IMG/VR virus record: IMGVR_UViG_3300035670_000022
Span: 1-64,000 of that record
Reading direction: 5' to 3' (one strand)
Length of the DNA: 64,000 nt
Origin: a virus
Numbering within the stretch: the first letter of the stretch is position 1; each line of letters starts with the position of its first letter. Shown in pieces: positions 36,240 to 45,805 of this stretch. A model generated the notes under the pieces. The model worked only from the letters and a program-made list of their open reading frames with translations. It was not told the origin of the DNA and did not search any database. The translations under genes were made by a program, and so were the position numbers.

Positions 36240-36818
36240 TTACCACTTAAACTTCATCACCATATCGAAGACGTCGTCTTTCGTTAGGTTTAAGAATCTT
36301 AGGTGCTTAAGTTGCTCGTAAGTGTCTTCGACAGCGGAGATGCCTGCTTCGTTTAAAACATCGGCGGGGATGTAGTCTCTTTCCTCATCATAGGTAAATC
36401 CTGATAGGAAACAAGTCATTCTCATTACTGGTTGGTAATACTGAAGCACAAGTCCGTAAGCAAGATCGTCAGGCAGCGTTTTATCTTTAGGGTAAAGAAG
36501 ATCTAACCTGTCTTTATCTCCTTCTGTACACAGCCAACTATACGCAGCTGCTTCTAGAAATACTCGGTTCCAATCTTCCTCGATAGTGTGACCAAAATAC
36601 TCATTAAAATCCTCCTTTAGACCTAAAATCTCAAATTGGTGTTCAGCCATACGGTACATTACAGTCTTGTACCAGTTTCTTTTTGCAACATACTCCACGT
36701 TAGGAAGATACTTGTCAAAAGGTAGCCCTGATTTTTTGTGTTCTACGCAAACTTTAAGAAGTCGTTCTTTAATTAAAGATACAGGGATTTTAACGTAGGA
36801 AAAGTCGAGTGTCTGCAT
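36240..36818 (-). CDS. Hypothetical protein
   Basis: 192 aa. Confidence 0.7.
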   Translation of the reverse strand: MQTLDFSYVKIPVSLIKERLLKVCVEHKKSGLPFDKYLPNVEYVAKRNWYKTVMYRMAEHQFEILGLKEDFNEYFGHTIEEDWNRVFLEAAAYSWLCTEGDKDRLDLLYPKDKTLPDDLAYGLVLQYYQPVMRMTCFLSGFTYDEERDYIPADVLNEAGISAVEDTYEQLKHLRFLNLTKDDVFDMVMKFKW

Positions 36819-36833
36819 ATGTGTCCGCCACCC

Positions 36834-37241
36834 TTAGTAATTGATAGCAGCGTAACACAGATCGTACACCTTCTTCAATGTATGCAGACTCAACTCTAAC
36901 CGTTCAATTTCATGTCTTACAGTAGGCAGCTCTTTGTTATTAAGCTGTCGCCATTCTTCACTTTCAATCTTTAATGAATTGATAGCAGCTTTTCTTTGAG
37001 TTTCATTAGTAAGTCGTTTATCTTGAACTACTAATAGCTGCATAGAATTCTCTATTTCTGTGAGTTCTTGTTCTAAATCAACCTGCTGGCGCTTCATCTC
37101 TTGTTGTTCATGCTGCAGTTCTATCATTTTCTTTAGGCTTATAGCAGCTTGCTTCCAGTAGTATTCTTTCTTTAGAAGAGAGTCAGTCTCGCTTAGCTTC
37201 AGACTCTCTTCTATAAACGTCTGCATGTCTTCGTAACCCAT
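36834..37241 (-). CDS. Coiled-coil protein
   Basis: 135 aa, heptad-rich. Confidence 0.7.
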   Translation of the reverse strand: MGYEDMQTFIEESLKLSETDSLLKKEYYWKQAAISLKKMIELQHEQQEMKRQQVDLEQELTEIENSMQLLVVQDKRLTNETQRKAAINSLKIESEEWRQLNNKELPTVRHEIERLELSLHTLKKVYDLCYAAINY

Positions 37242-37243
37242 AG

Positions 37244-37633
37244 TTAGTCGGATAGTAAAGTGGATACTTGACTAAGGACGGCACTAAGACTTTCAAGAGT
37301 GTCTTTATATTCTCCCAACTCTTCGAAACTACTAAACAGCGCAGTGCGCTTCTTCAGTAACTGTTCGAGGTTGTACTCTATACCTTCAGCGGATTCTTTT
37401 TCAGCTTCTAGTTGCTCTTTTAAACCCGGAAGGGAGTTGGTCAACTCTTGAATTTGGCGTTCAGTGTCGCTTAGTTTAGCCTCGATACCTTCAACTACTT
37501 GTAGTTGCTCTTCGTAGGCTGCCTCAAACGACGCGATGGATGTGTCTATCTCCTCTCTTTCTGGACTAGACAGGACTTTCTGCTGTATCTCAAGCAGTTT
37601 TTGAACAGCTTCTAAGGTTTTGGTTGTTTCCAT
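37244..37633 (-). CDS. Coiled-coil protein
   Basis: 129 aa, E/L/Q-rich. Confidence 0.7.
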   Translation of the reverse strand: METTKTLEAVQKLLEIQQKVLSSPEREEIDTSIASFEAAYEEQLQVVEGIEAKLSDTERQIQELTNSLPGLKEQLEAEKESAEGIEYNLEQLLKKRTALFSSFEELGEYKDTLESLSAVLSQVSTLLSD

Positions 37634-37655
37634 AGTTAAGTGTTTTTTTGTCTTT

Positions 37656-37669
37656 TACTCTTCTCTGTT
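37656..37669 (-). promoter_or_regulatory. Conserved motif A at the head of the minus-strand block
   Basis: Exact 14-mer about 23 bp upstream of ATG 37633, at the strand switch. Confidence 0.65.
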
Positions 37670-37771
37670 TTGTCTAAACACAGTATTGCCCATAGAAGAG
37701 AGAATGTATTCGCTGATAGCACAGCGAACTATGCCAAGCTAGGCTTAGGTTCCAAGCAGCGGCAATAGCGA

Positions 37772-38314
37772 ATGTTTAGAAATCCAATTCCCCAACCTAA
37801 CGGTTTGGAGCTGGTCTACAAAGGAGAGTTCGAGCAGGATCCAGCGTCTGATTTTGTCGTCGACTTTGTTGATAAGCATAACCACAACATGGAGCATCTC
37901 GATAATGCTCTAGGGGACATCGCTGTTTTGAGAGCAGAGATGGCAATACTCGCTGCTCGGGGGTTGTTAAGTGGCTTCGTTAATGGCGGGTTAGCTGGAA
38001 CACCGCCTTCTGTAGAGGAAGAAAATCCGTTGAGTATTTCAAAGATGTATGTCACGCCGATTACTTACAAGGATACGTTGCCGGTTTTATCAGATGGCGA
38101 CTCAGACCCTGGGCTGCCTTCCGATCCCTGTCGCTCTTCTGTTAATCCTTATATGGTTCTTTATGGTGGCATAGACCCACCTCATTTACAGTTTGAAGAC
38201 CTAGACACTTCTAGTGATCCAGAAGACCCGTGTCCACATGGAGATGACTTTGCTGATCCTAATGACCAACCTGTTGAGGATGAAGGACATAATCCGGATG
38301 GGGGTGTTTACTAA
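37772..38314 (+). CDS. Acidic hypothetical virion-associated protein
   Basis: 180 aa preceding the giant tail gene. Confidence 0.65.
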   Translation: MFRNPIPQPNGLELVYKGEFEQDPASDFVVDFVDKHNHNMEHLDNALGDIAVLRAEMAILAARGLLSGFVNGGLAGTPPSVEEENPLSISKMYVTPITYKDTLPVLSDGDSDPGLPSDPCRSSVNPYMVLYGGIDPPHLQFEDLDTSSDPEDPCPHGDDFADPNDQPVEDEGHNPDGGVY

Positions 38315-38381
38315 TAGGTTGATAAAGACGTAGTCAGAATAGTGCGACACTTGATTTAGATTTCAAATCCGTTTTTGCGAT

Positions 38382-41300
38382 ATGAACTGCCCTACAGGAT
38401 TTCTTTGGTATCAGAAAGAAGAGAATCGGTTCCTTCTTAACGAGTCACAAACGCCAGATGGCTGGGCGCCTCTACCAGTCTCTGTTCATCCTAAGGACTT
38501 GAGTAAGGAAGATTTAGAGGCGTTAGCGGAGTCTATCAGCCGAGGAAGTCAATATACTATCCACGTTGACAAGAATTGTCCGTACGCTTCAGACGCTAAG
38601 GACAATAGAGGCAACTCTAGGTTTAGACCTTTTCGCTCTATTGAGCGGGCTTTAATAGAAGCGGCGCGGCGATCGTTCGTCGTCGGTAACACTGCTTCTG
38701 GTGGAGCGGATATAACCCAACGAATTTCTATTCATGTAGCTGCTGGAGAATATGAAGTTGAGAATGGCTACGGCGGACAAATATTTCAATCTGACTTTGA
38801 TCAACGCCAGGACGCAGCGAAGCTGTTAATTGCTAACCGCGACTATCTGGTAGAAGTTGCTTACACTTCCTATCAATCTGACCCGTTGTTTGCCCAAGTG
38901 TTGACAGAGGCTGAAGTGCTAGCCTGCAAGCGGGATTTAAGCTTCTTTGTTGATGCAGTCGCTAAAGACATTGCCGACACTGGCAACTTCTTTATGGTTC
39001 AGGCGGCTCGGACTCTTTTTACCACGCCGGGTGCGTTCATTCCTGCTTACTCTTCTTCTCCTAAACGGCAGAGTACTTTGGAGGCTATTCGGGTATTAAG
39101 AGAAGTATCTCGAGTTGTTATTAAGAATCAAGCGGAAGAGAGTAAAGGTGGGATTAGACTGCGGCATATCACTCCTGACCCGACTTCACTTACGAATCCG
39201 TATCAGGAGATTCAACTAGTCTCAGACAGTCTTTATGACATTCTGATTGATACTTTAAGTGGCTCAGTTGACCCGTTTGCTCTAGAGGTTAATCCAGGAA
39301 GCGATACAGCGAACTTCCCTAATGAGGGAGAGCCTGACGACAGAACACTGCGAGCATACAACAGCGTATACACCCCAGGAATTATTCTTCCTAGAGGTGT
39401 CTCTATTATTGGCTCTGACTTACGTAAAGTCATCATCCGTCCCAAGTATGTGCCTGCGGCCCATGATACGACAGTTGGTCGATCAGCAATCTTTAGGATG
39501 ACTGGCGGGAACTTCATATCTGGGCTCACTATCATGGATAAGAGTGGGCTATCGGAGTCGCATCACAAACTTTCCTGTTTTGAGTTCTGCACTAACGGTG
39601 ATCTTGTTTCCTATTACAACAAGGTTGCTTTAGCCTTCCAAGATAGCTCTAAGTTTAACCGTCTTCAAGATGCTGCTGGCTTGATCAAGGCAAACATCAG
39701 TTGGATTCAGAAGAAGACGTTTAAGTCTTTTGTGGCAGAGACTAGTAATCAGAAGAAATATCTAAACATATTTGAGGCTGAGATACCTGGGTTGTTAGCA
39801 GCTATTGCTATTAACTGCACCAAATTCGGTAACGAAGCAGTCTTAGACTTTGCTGACCGCTTTAAGAGATATCATATCGATCCTATTGAAGATCAGGCTG
39901 CTCTAGACAATGCTTTGGTCTTTTACTCTTCTCTGTTTTCACAGTTAGAGTTATATCTGCGTAAGGCTGTGACTAATGAGGCTAATCCGGCAGAGGGTGG
40001 TTATATCGACGAACGCATTAAAACCGACGCGGCTAGTCCGTCTAACCCATGTCAGGATGTGCAGTCTATTATTAACACCTTTATAGATATCATCCTTAAT
40101 ACTCTTAGAGGGGCAACTATTCCCAGAGTTGGTTTCTTTCCTTGGACGGTATTTGATGTTGGTCCTACGGCTTCTGAAAACCAAATTGTAGGTGCTGCTG
40201 GTCAGAATCCGATTGAAGGCGCTTCTCCTTATGTCTACTCAGTCACCCTCCGCAGCCGCTGGGGGATGTGCGGCATCGATGGGGATGGGAGTATTGTCAC
40301 CGGGCTTAAGTCTTTTCTTGCGGCTCAGTTTACTGTTATCTCGATGCAGTCTGATACTCGGTGTTTCACTGCGCTAGACGTTTTAGGAGAGGTAGAAAAA
40401 CGTTATATAGGGACTCGCGCTGCGGATGCGTCTGACTATCGCCACTTTGGCTATAGAGCGACCAATGGAGCCTACGCGCAGTTGGTTAGTTGCTTCTGTA
40501 TTGCTCCTGCAATCCATTTTTGGACAGCTAGTGGTGGTGAGATGTCCATTACAAATAGCACCAGTAACTTTGGGGATGTAGCTCTCTATGCTGAAGGGTT
40601 CTTAAAGAACGGAGAGGGCGGGGGAGCCTATCCTCAAGACCAGGGACACCGTCTTCTGGGTATTAAGAAGCCTAAGGCAGTTAGCCTCATTGAACGGATT
40701 TTTGTCCTGGGTTATCTAAAAGCAGGGGGCACTACGGTAGACCCTTCTGATAGCGCCAAGGGGACGATTACTATTACAGGCGAGGCTAATACCCACGGTT
40801 ATAACATTACTAACCCTGAGTACCCAACTCGTATTTACGCTCGGGTCTCTGGGGGTGTAGTAGCCGCAGAAGTTATTTCTCACAGTCTTAATTCTAATAA
40901 TGAGACAGTCTTTGAAGTAAAGTATATCGATAACTACGCGCTGAACTGGGTGGCTTCTGAGTACGACGTTAATTACCGTCGTGGATTAATTGGGTCTGCC
41001 ATCTATTTTGAGCGCTATGTCGATGTCCGCAGCTATGAAGATACTCTTTATCATTTAATTATTGAAAAGGCACAATCTTCTACAGAGAAGCGTCGGGAGC
41101 CTGTTTCAAAATACATTTTGCGGCTTTCTAGCGTAGCTAGTGCTCTTGACCAGCCTTTTCGCTCTATGTGGGATCCTACTAGAGGGCGGGCTCCGCTGTA
41201 TTTTATTAATAGTGCGACTGAGACTACTGCGATTCAGCCCTTCGAAGGCAAGACGAACTACGAGTTAACACCTTTATCTGCTTACTCTAATATTGAGCGG

Positions 41301-44300
41301 CAAATGGAGTCTATTGAAGATGCATATGTTACTGCTTCCTTAGACACAATGCTTGATCGGGATCCTCGCCACGGCGTTGTTGTTGATCGAGCCGACAACG
41401 TGACCCGCATTGCTGTCGAGCACATACTTGAACTTTTAGGGCTGTCTACCTACATAAGCTCTCTTAGTTTATCGACCAATAACGTTATTTCTTTTACTCC
41501 TTCTGATCGAAAACTGGTTGATTTTAACAAACCTAGTTTGATTCGCTGCTCCGGACATACTTGGGAGTATGTTGGCTATTACAACTATGACACCGCCATT
41601 CCTTCTGTACAGCCTAAGCAGTTAGGCGAAGGGTTATCTGCGGTTAGACGTGAACAGATGCGTTTCAGCAAGCTACAGACTCAAGTCGATGGAGGGCGTA
41701 TTTACGCCACTGGGATGGACGAAGAGGGAAATCTGTATGCAGGCAGCCGTGTTACAGACTTGAAAAATGGCAATCAGCGTCGGGTAAACTTAGGCACCAC
41801 CCCAGAGGTGGATGAGATGTTTCCCACAGACTTTGACATCTTACGCGTGCGTCTTCTCTACGCAGGTGACGTTTTTGTCTCTGGGGATCTCACTGTAGGA
41901 GGAACAATTTATTGCACTAACCTGATCGCGTCAGACCTGGTACGGGGCTATACCGGAGAGTTTGACATTCTCAAAACGCGAGGGGATTGCATCACCTTAA
42001 ACTCAGATGCTCTAGAAGCCAACAACGACTGGCTCTTCCGACTGTGCCGCTCTTTACTTCAAACACAGAATATTACAATTACCTTCCCGCCTAATAACGG
42101 TTTACCCGGACAGACTTTAATCACTGACGGTACCGGAGTCCTTTCCTGGGGAGACGTATCAAATGTGCCAGAAGGATATATTGCCTTTCCAGGTATTAGC
42201 CCACTAATTCCCATCAACGTGCTGCCTAGGGAGACTCCTGGCTGGAATAACGGAGCAATGAATTTAACGTCTAATGGCTGTTTAGAGATAAGTGTTAATG
42301 CAGCTGAAGGACCTTACAGTCTGGGGCCTGTTGCAATTGAAAATGGAGATAGCCTGTGGGTAAATTGGGCTCCGGGCGTATCCTGCGCTGGGGCTGCTCA
42401 TAATACTCCTATTGTGGGAGAGATTATTAGTGACGGCAATCATAAAGTAGACGGCTTGTTGTTGTTGGATAAACTCCCTTATACATTCACGTTCAACAAC
42501 CTAGGGGATCAAGTTAGAAGCAGTGTTGTTACTTCTAATATTGTCACTCTTGGCGGTATAAACGCACACACTCAACTCTGGGCAACAGGGGCTAACACTT
42601 CTAGCCTTGAGGTCAAAATTAACGGAGGCGACTGGACACCCTTGCCTAACGATGGCGAGACGGTTTTAGATATTCTGTTAATCGCCTCTGGGTCCACGTT
42701 GCAATTACGCATGACTAACAGCAGTAGTTATGCCACGGCTACTAATGTTGATATCGCCGTAGGCGATCGGGCGCTTAACCAATATGTCCCTGCTTCTTGG
42801 ACGTCGACTACGCAACAGGAGCTTATTAACGGACCTGCTATTACTAAACAGCCTGTATCTCAAACTGTTGTAGAAGGACAAAGTGCTACTTTTACCATCG
42901 AAGCTACTGGAACAGACATCACGTATCAGTGGCGTCGAGATAATCAGAATATAGCTGGAGCCACTGCTGACTCGTATACGGTATTCGATGCTACTTTGGA
43001 TTCAGCAGCTGCTTATACATGTACGGTTAGCAATGTTGCGGGAAGTGTTACCTCCAGCTCAGCAACGCTAACAGTAACTCTACGCGCTCCTGTAATAACT
43101 TCTCATCCACAAAGTGCCTTTGTGGTAGAGGGAGACCCAGCCAGCTTTAACGTCGCTGCTACCGGAACTAATCTTTCCTATCAGTGGCAGAAGAACTCAG
43201 TCAATATTTCTGGTGCTACAGCGACTTCTTACTCTATTACTGAGACTACACGACTCGATCAAGCTTCTTACCGTGTCATTGTCAGTAACTCTGGAGGCGC
43301 CGTCACCAGTTTAGGGGCTAACTTGACTGTTGAGCCAGCTTTACCTGACCCTCCGGTTATTGTTCAGCACCCGCAGTCTTTGAGTCTTGCAGAAGGAACT
43401 AATGCGACCTTTAGCGTCGTTGCTACTGGCTCCAACTTAAACTATCAGTGGCAGAAAAACAGCAGTAATATTTCAGGAGCTACTAACTCTACCCTTGATA
43501 TTTATAGTATTGATACCGGTGATGCTGCTAATTATCGTGTTGTCGTAAGTAATACAGGGGGTTCTGTCACTAGTAATCAAGCCTCGCTGTCTGTTACTCT
43601 AGCGGCTCCTGTCATTACTCAGCAGCCTCAAAGTATATCTATTAATGAAGGACAGAGCGCTACGTTTACTGTTGTCGCGGTCGGGGCGAGTCTAACCTAT
43701 CAGTGGCAAAGAAACAACACTCCCATTTCTGGAGCGACTTCGTCGTCGTATACCATTTCAAATGCAACCACGTCTTCTGCCGCGAACTATCGAGTTGTGG
43801 TAACCAACGCAGGTGGCGCTGTCACCAGTAATAATGCTACCTTGACGGTTACTATTCCAGCTCCTGTCATTACACAACATCCAGTGTCTCAAAACGTTGA
43901 GCTGGGTAATTCTGCTACTTTCTCTGTAACAGCTACAGGAGCCGCGCTTACGTATCAATGGCAAAAAGACGGAGCGAATATTAGTGGGGCGACATCTTCT
44001 TCGTACAGTATTCCTAGCACTACTAATGGTAATAGCGGATCTTACCGAGTACGGGTTCAAAACTCTGGAGGAAGTGTCTTTAGTAACTATGCAGAGCTGA
44101 GTGTTTATGAGGCGTATATTCCTTTACGAATAGTTACTCAGCCACAGGATGTGTCTGGTGACCCTAATACTCTTGTCACACTTTCTGTTGTAGTAGCCGA
44201 TGGAGATCAACCCTACTCTTATAAATGGTACAAAGTCGGCAGCTCTACTGTATTAGGTACTCAGCCATCGTTTAGCGTCTCTATTACCCCGCAAAACGTG

Positions 44301-45272
44301 GGTGAGTACCAATGCCGAATCGTGGACTATTATCAACAAGGCAACGTACTCACTCGAAGAGCTGTCGTTTCAGTAACTCCTAGGTTAAAACCTGAAGTTC
44401 TTTATAGTGGACCCTCTGTCATTTATAGTGATCTAAATACTGTCAATACTATTGGGTTTGCTGTCTACGATGAGAGCCCAGGAGGCAGTGGTCCGTATAC
44501 TGCACAATTAAGGCGAGTAACAACAACTTTACCTTATCCTATTATTGCGACTTCTGTAGATACTGGGCTTCTTACGTTTACTACGCAAAGTGCCCACTAC
44601 GGACAAACTTTTCAAATTGTTGTTACTAGCGCGTGGGGCGATAGCAATGTCTTCATACCTACTTTTCGCTTAGAGCCCCCACTACCGACTATCACTCAGC
44701 AACCTGCTGATATTGAGGCGTATTATGGAGGTACAGCGACGTTTAACGTAGTCGCTACTGGATCTAATCTTAGCTATCAATGGCTTAAAGGCACAACTCC
44801 TATTGCTGGTAAAACCAGTCCTACTTTATCTCTTTCTAATCTGGAGGCAGACGACGCGGCCTTCTATCAAGTCAGAGTAAGTAATCCATATGGTGAAGTA
44901 GTCAGTCGAAGCGCAAAGCTTACTCTTGTTTACGGACCTCCTATTGTTCTTACCCTAATTACGAATAAAAGTTTGCAGATAGGAAGTGGAGCTCTCATTC
45001 AGGTCAGCATCTCAGCTCTAGGACAGCAACCATTAAGCTACCAGTGGTATGAAAATTTGAATACTACCACTGCTAACGATACGTCTAAGTATGTAGCGAG
45101 TACGCAAATTTATGCTCCGACTTTAGTCCCTAGTGCTACCAGTACCGGAGGTCCTCGTTCTCCTGTTTACTACTTAGTTGACGTTCCCTCTGACCGTGCC
45201 TACAGGTGCAAAGTCTCCAATAGTTTAGGGACTGCATGGAGTGATCCCATCTTCCTCGACGTATATACTTAG
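38382..45272 (+). CDS. Giant tail/virion protein: beta-helix-type core, two phycobiliprotein-like helical inserts, C-terminal Ig-like array
   Basis: PFRSIERALIEAA and GIILPRGVSIIGSDLRK cyanophage fibre motifs; at least 7 ITxQPxS..TYQW..Y.V.VSN Ig repeats. Confidence 0.85.
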   Translation: MNCPTGFLWYQKEENRFLLNESQTPDGWAPLPVSVHPKDLSKEDLEALAESISRGSQYTIHVDKNCPYASDAKDNRGNSRFRPFRSIERALIEAARRSFVVGNTASGGADITQRISIHVAAGEYEVENGYGGQIFQSDFDQRQDAAKLLIANRDYLVEVAYTSYQSDPLFAQVLTEAEVLACKRDLSFFVDAVAKDIADTGNFFMVQAARTLFTTPGAFIPAYSSSPKRQSTLEAIRVLREVSRVVIKNQAEESKGGIRLRHITPDPTSLTNPYQEIQLVSDSLYDILIDTLSGSVDPFALEVNPGSDTANFPNEGEPDDRTLRAYNSVYTPGIILPRGVSIIGSDLRKVIIRPKYVPAAHDTTVGRSAIFRMTGGNFISGLTIMDKSGLSESHHKLSCFEFCTNGDLVSYYNKVALAFQDSSKFNRLQDAAGLIKANISWIQKKTFKSFVAETSNQKKYLNIFEAEIPGLLAAIAINCTKFGNEAVLDFADRFKRYHIDPIEDQAALDNALVFYSSLFSQLELYLRKAVTNEANPAEGGYIDERIKTDAASPSNPCQDVQSIINTFIDIILNTLRGATIPRVGFFPWTVFDVGPTASENQIVGAAGQNPIEGASPYVYSVTLRSRWGMCGIDGDGSIVTGLKSFLAAQFTVISMQSDTRCFTALDVLGEVEKRYIGTRAADASDYRHFGYRATNGAYAQLVSCFCIAPAIHFWTASGGEMSITNSTSNFGDVALYAEGFLKNGEGGGAYPQDQGHRLLGIKKPKAVSLIERIFVLGYLKAGGTTVDPSDSAKGTITITGEANTHGYNITNPEYPTRIYARVSGGVVAAEVISHSLNSNNETVFEVKYIDNYALNWVASEYDVNYRRGLIGSAIYFERYVDVRSYEDTLYHLIIEKAQSSTEKRREPVSKYILRLSSVASALDQPFRSMWDPTRGRAPLYFINSATETTAIQPFEGKTNYELTPLSAYSNIERQMESIEDAYVTASLDTMLDRDPRHGVVVDRADNVTRIAVEHILELLGLSTYISSLSLSTNNVISFTPSDRKLVDFNKPSLIRCSGHTWEYVGYYNYDTAIPSVQPKQLGEGLSAVRREQMRFSKLQTQVDGGRIYATGMDEEGNLYAGSRVTDLKNGNQRRVNLGTTPEVDEMFPTDFDILRVRLLYAGDVFVSGDLTVGGTIYCTNLIASDLVRGYTGEFDILKTRGDCITLNSDALEANNDWLFRLCRSLLQTQNITITFPPNNGLPGQTLITDGTGVLSWGDVSNVPEGYIAFPGISPLIPINVLPRETPGWNNGAMNLTSNGCLEISVNAAEGPYSLGPVAIENGDSLWVNWAPGVSCAGAAHNTPIVGEIISDGNHKVDGLLLLDKLPYTFTFNNLGDQVRSSVVTSNIVTLGGINAHTQLWATGANTSSLEVKINGGDWTPLPNDGETVLDILLIASGSTLQLRMTNSSSYATATNVDIAVGDRALNQYVPASWTSTTQQELINGPAITKQPVSQTVVEGQSATFTIEATGTDITYQWRRDNQNIAGATADSYTVFDATLDSAAAYTCTVSNVAGSVTSSSATLTVTLRAPVITSHPQSAFVVEGDPASFNVAATGTNLSYQWQKNSVNISGATATSYSITETTRLDQASYRVIVSNSGGAVTSLGANLTVEPALPDPPVIVQHPQSLSLAEGTNATFSVVATGSNLNYQWQKNSSNISGATNSTLDIYSIDTGDAANYRVVVSNTGGSVTSNQASLSVTLAAPVITQQPQSISINEGQSATFTVVAVGASLTYQWQRNNTPISGATSSSYTISNATTSSAANYRVVVTNAGGAVTSNNATLTVTIPAPVITQHPVSQNVELGNSATFSVTATGAALTYQWQKDGANISGATSSSYSIPSTTNGNSGSYRVRVQNSGGSVFSNYAELSVYEAYIPLRIVTQPQDVSGDPNTLVTLSVVVADGDQPYSYKWYKVGSSTVLGTQPSFSVSITPQNVGEYQCRIVDYYQQGNVLTRRAVVSVTPRLKPEVLYSGPSVIYSDLNTVNTIGFAVYDESPGGSGPYTAQLRRVTTTLPYPIIATSVDTGLLTFTTQSAHYGQTFQIVVTSAWGDSNVFIPTFRLEPPLPTITQQPADIEAYYGGTATFNVVATGSNLSYQWLKGTTPIAGKTSPTLSLSNLEADDAAFYQVRVSNPYGEVVSRSAKLTLVYGPPIVLTLITNKSLQIGSGALIQVSISALGQQPLSYQWYENLNTTTANDTSKYVASTQIYAPTLVPSATSTGGPRSPVYYLVDVPSDRAYRCKVSNSLGTAWSDPIFLDVYT
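42830..44930 (+). repeat. Tandem Ig-like (I-set) domain repeats of about 85 aa
   Basis: Repeated PVITQxPQS.....G..ATF.V.A.G..L.YQWQK. Confidence 0.85.
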
Positions 45273-45459
45273 TGAAACAGCGACAAAATAAACAATTTGC
45301 GCTAAGTAGGCGGTATAATTTTTGGACACTCTTTGCACATAAACATAGCTAATCCCTGTATTTATACGGATTTTAGGTGTTTTAAATACCTTTTCTTCAT
45401 TGCTTTGGCAATAAGCTATTTCTTGCTGTAACAGATCACTGAAACCCCTTCTTACTTTA

Positions 45460-45696
45460 ATGCTTAGCTCTACTTCTACTCTTGAAATTCAGCCTTCGGT
45501 TCTAGACGAGGACAAAGCTCTGCTACGTATGTATACCTACGAGTTATCAGAAGGGTTTATTTATCAGACCAAGTCACAAGCTAGAGATGTTGTTAAGAGC
45601 TACTTACGACTTTTGGGGGCAGATATTCTCTATGACCCTGAGTTTCTAGCTATATTCAATCTCTTAGGTAAGCTTATATCAACACTTGATGACTAA
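45460..45696 (+). CDS. Small hypothetical protein
   Basis: 78 aa. Confidence 0.55.
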   Translation: MLSSTSTLEIQPSVLDEDKALLRMYTYELSEGFIYQTKSQARDVVKSYLRLLGADILYDPEFLAIFNLLGKLISTLDD

Positions 45697-45805
45697 ACTA
45701 AGCTAAATCCTTCTTTAAATCCTGCTTAAGTTCGATATCCTACTTACGCATTCGGGATTTTAGTGCTAATTTAGGCATATTCCCTATGCAGGTTTTAATA
45801 AAGGT

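Noticed and set aside
611-39937. Motif A copies as CRISPR repeats
   Set aside because: The copies are dispersed over kilobases, only 14-20 bp long, and have no regular spacers.
45273-45805. Replication origin from short AAATCC/GGATTT repeats in AT-rich spacers
   Set aside because: The repeats are short and irregular and cannot be distinguished from chance by eye.
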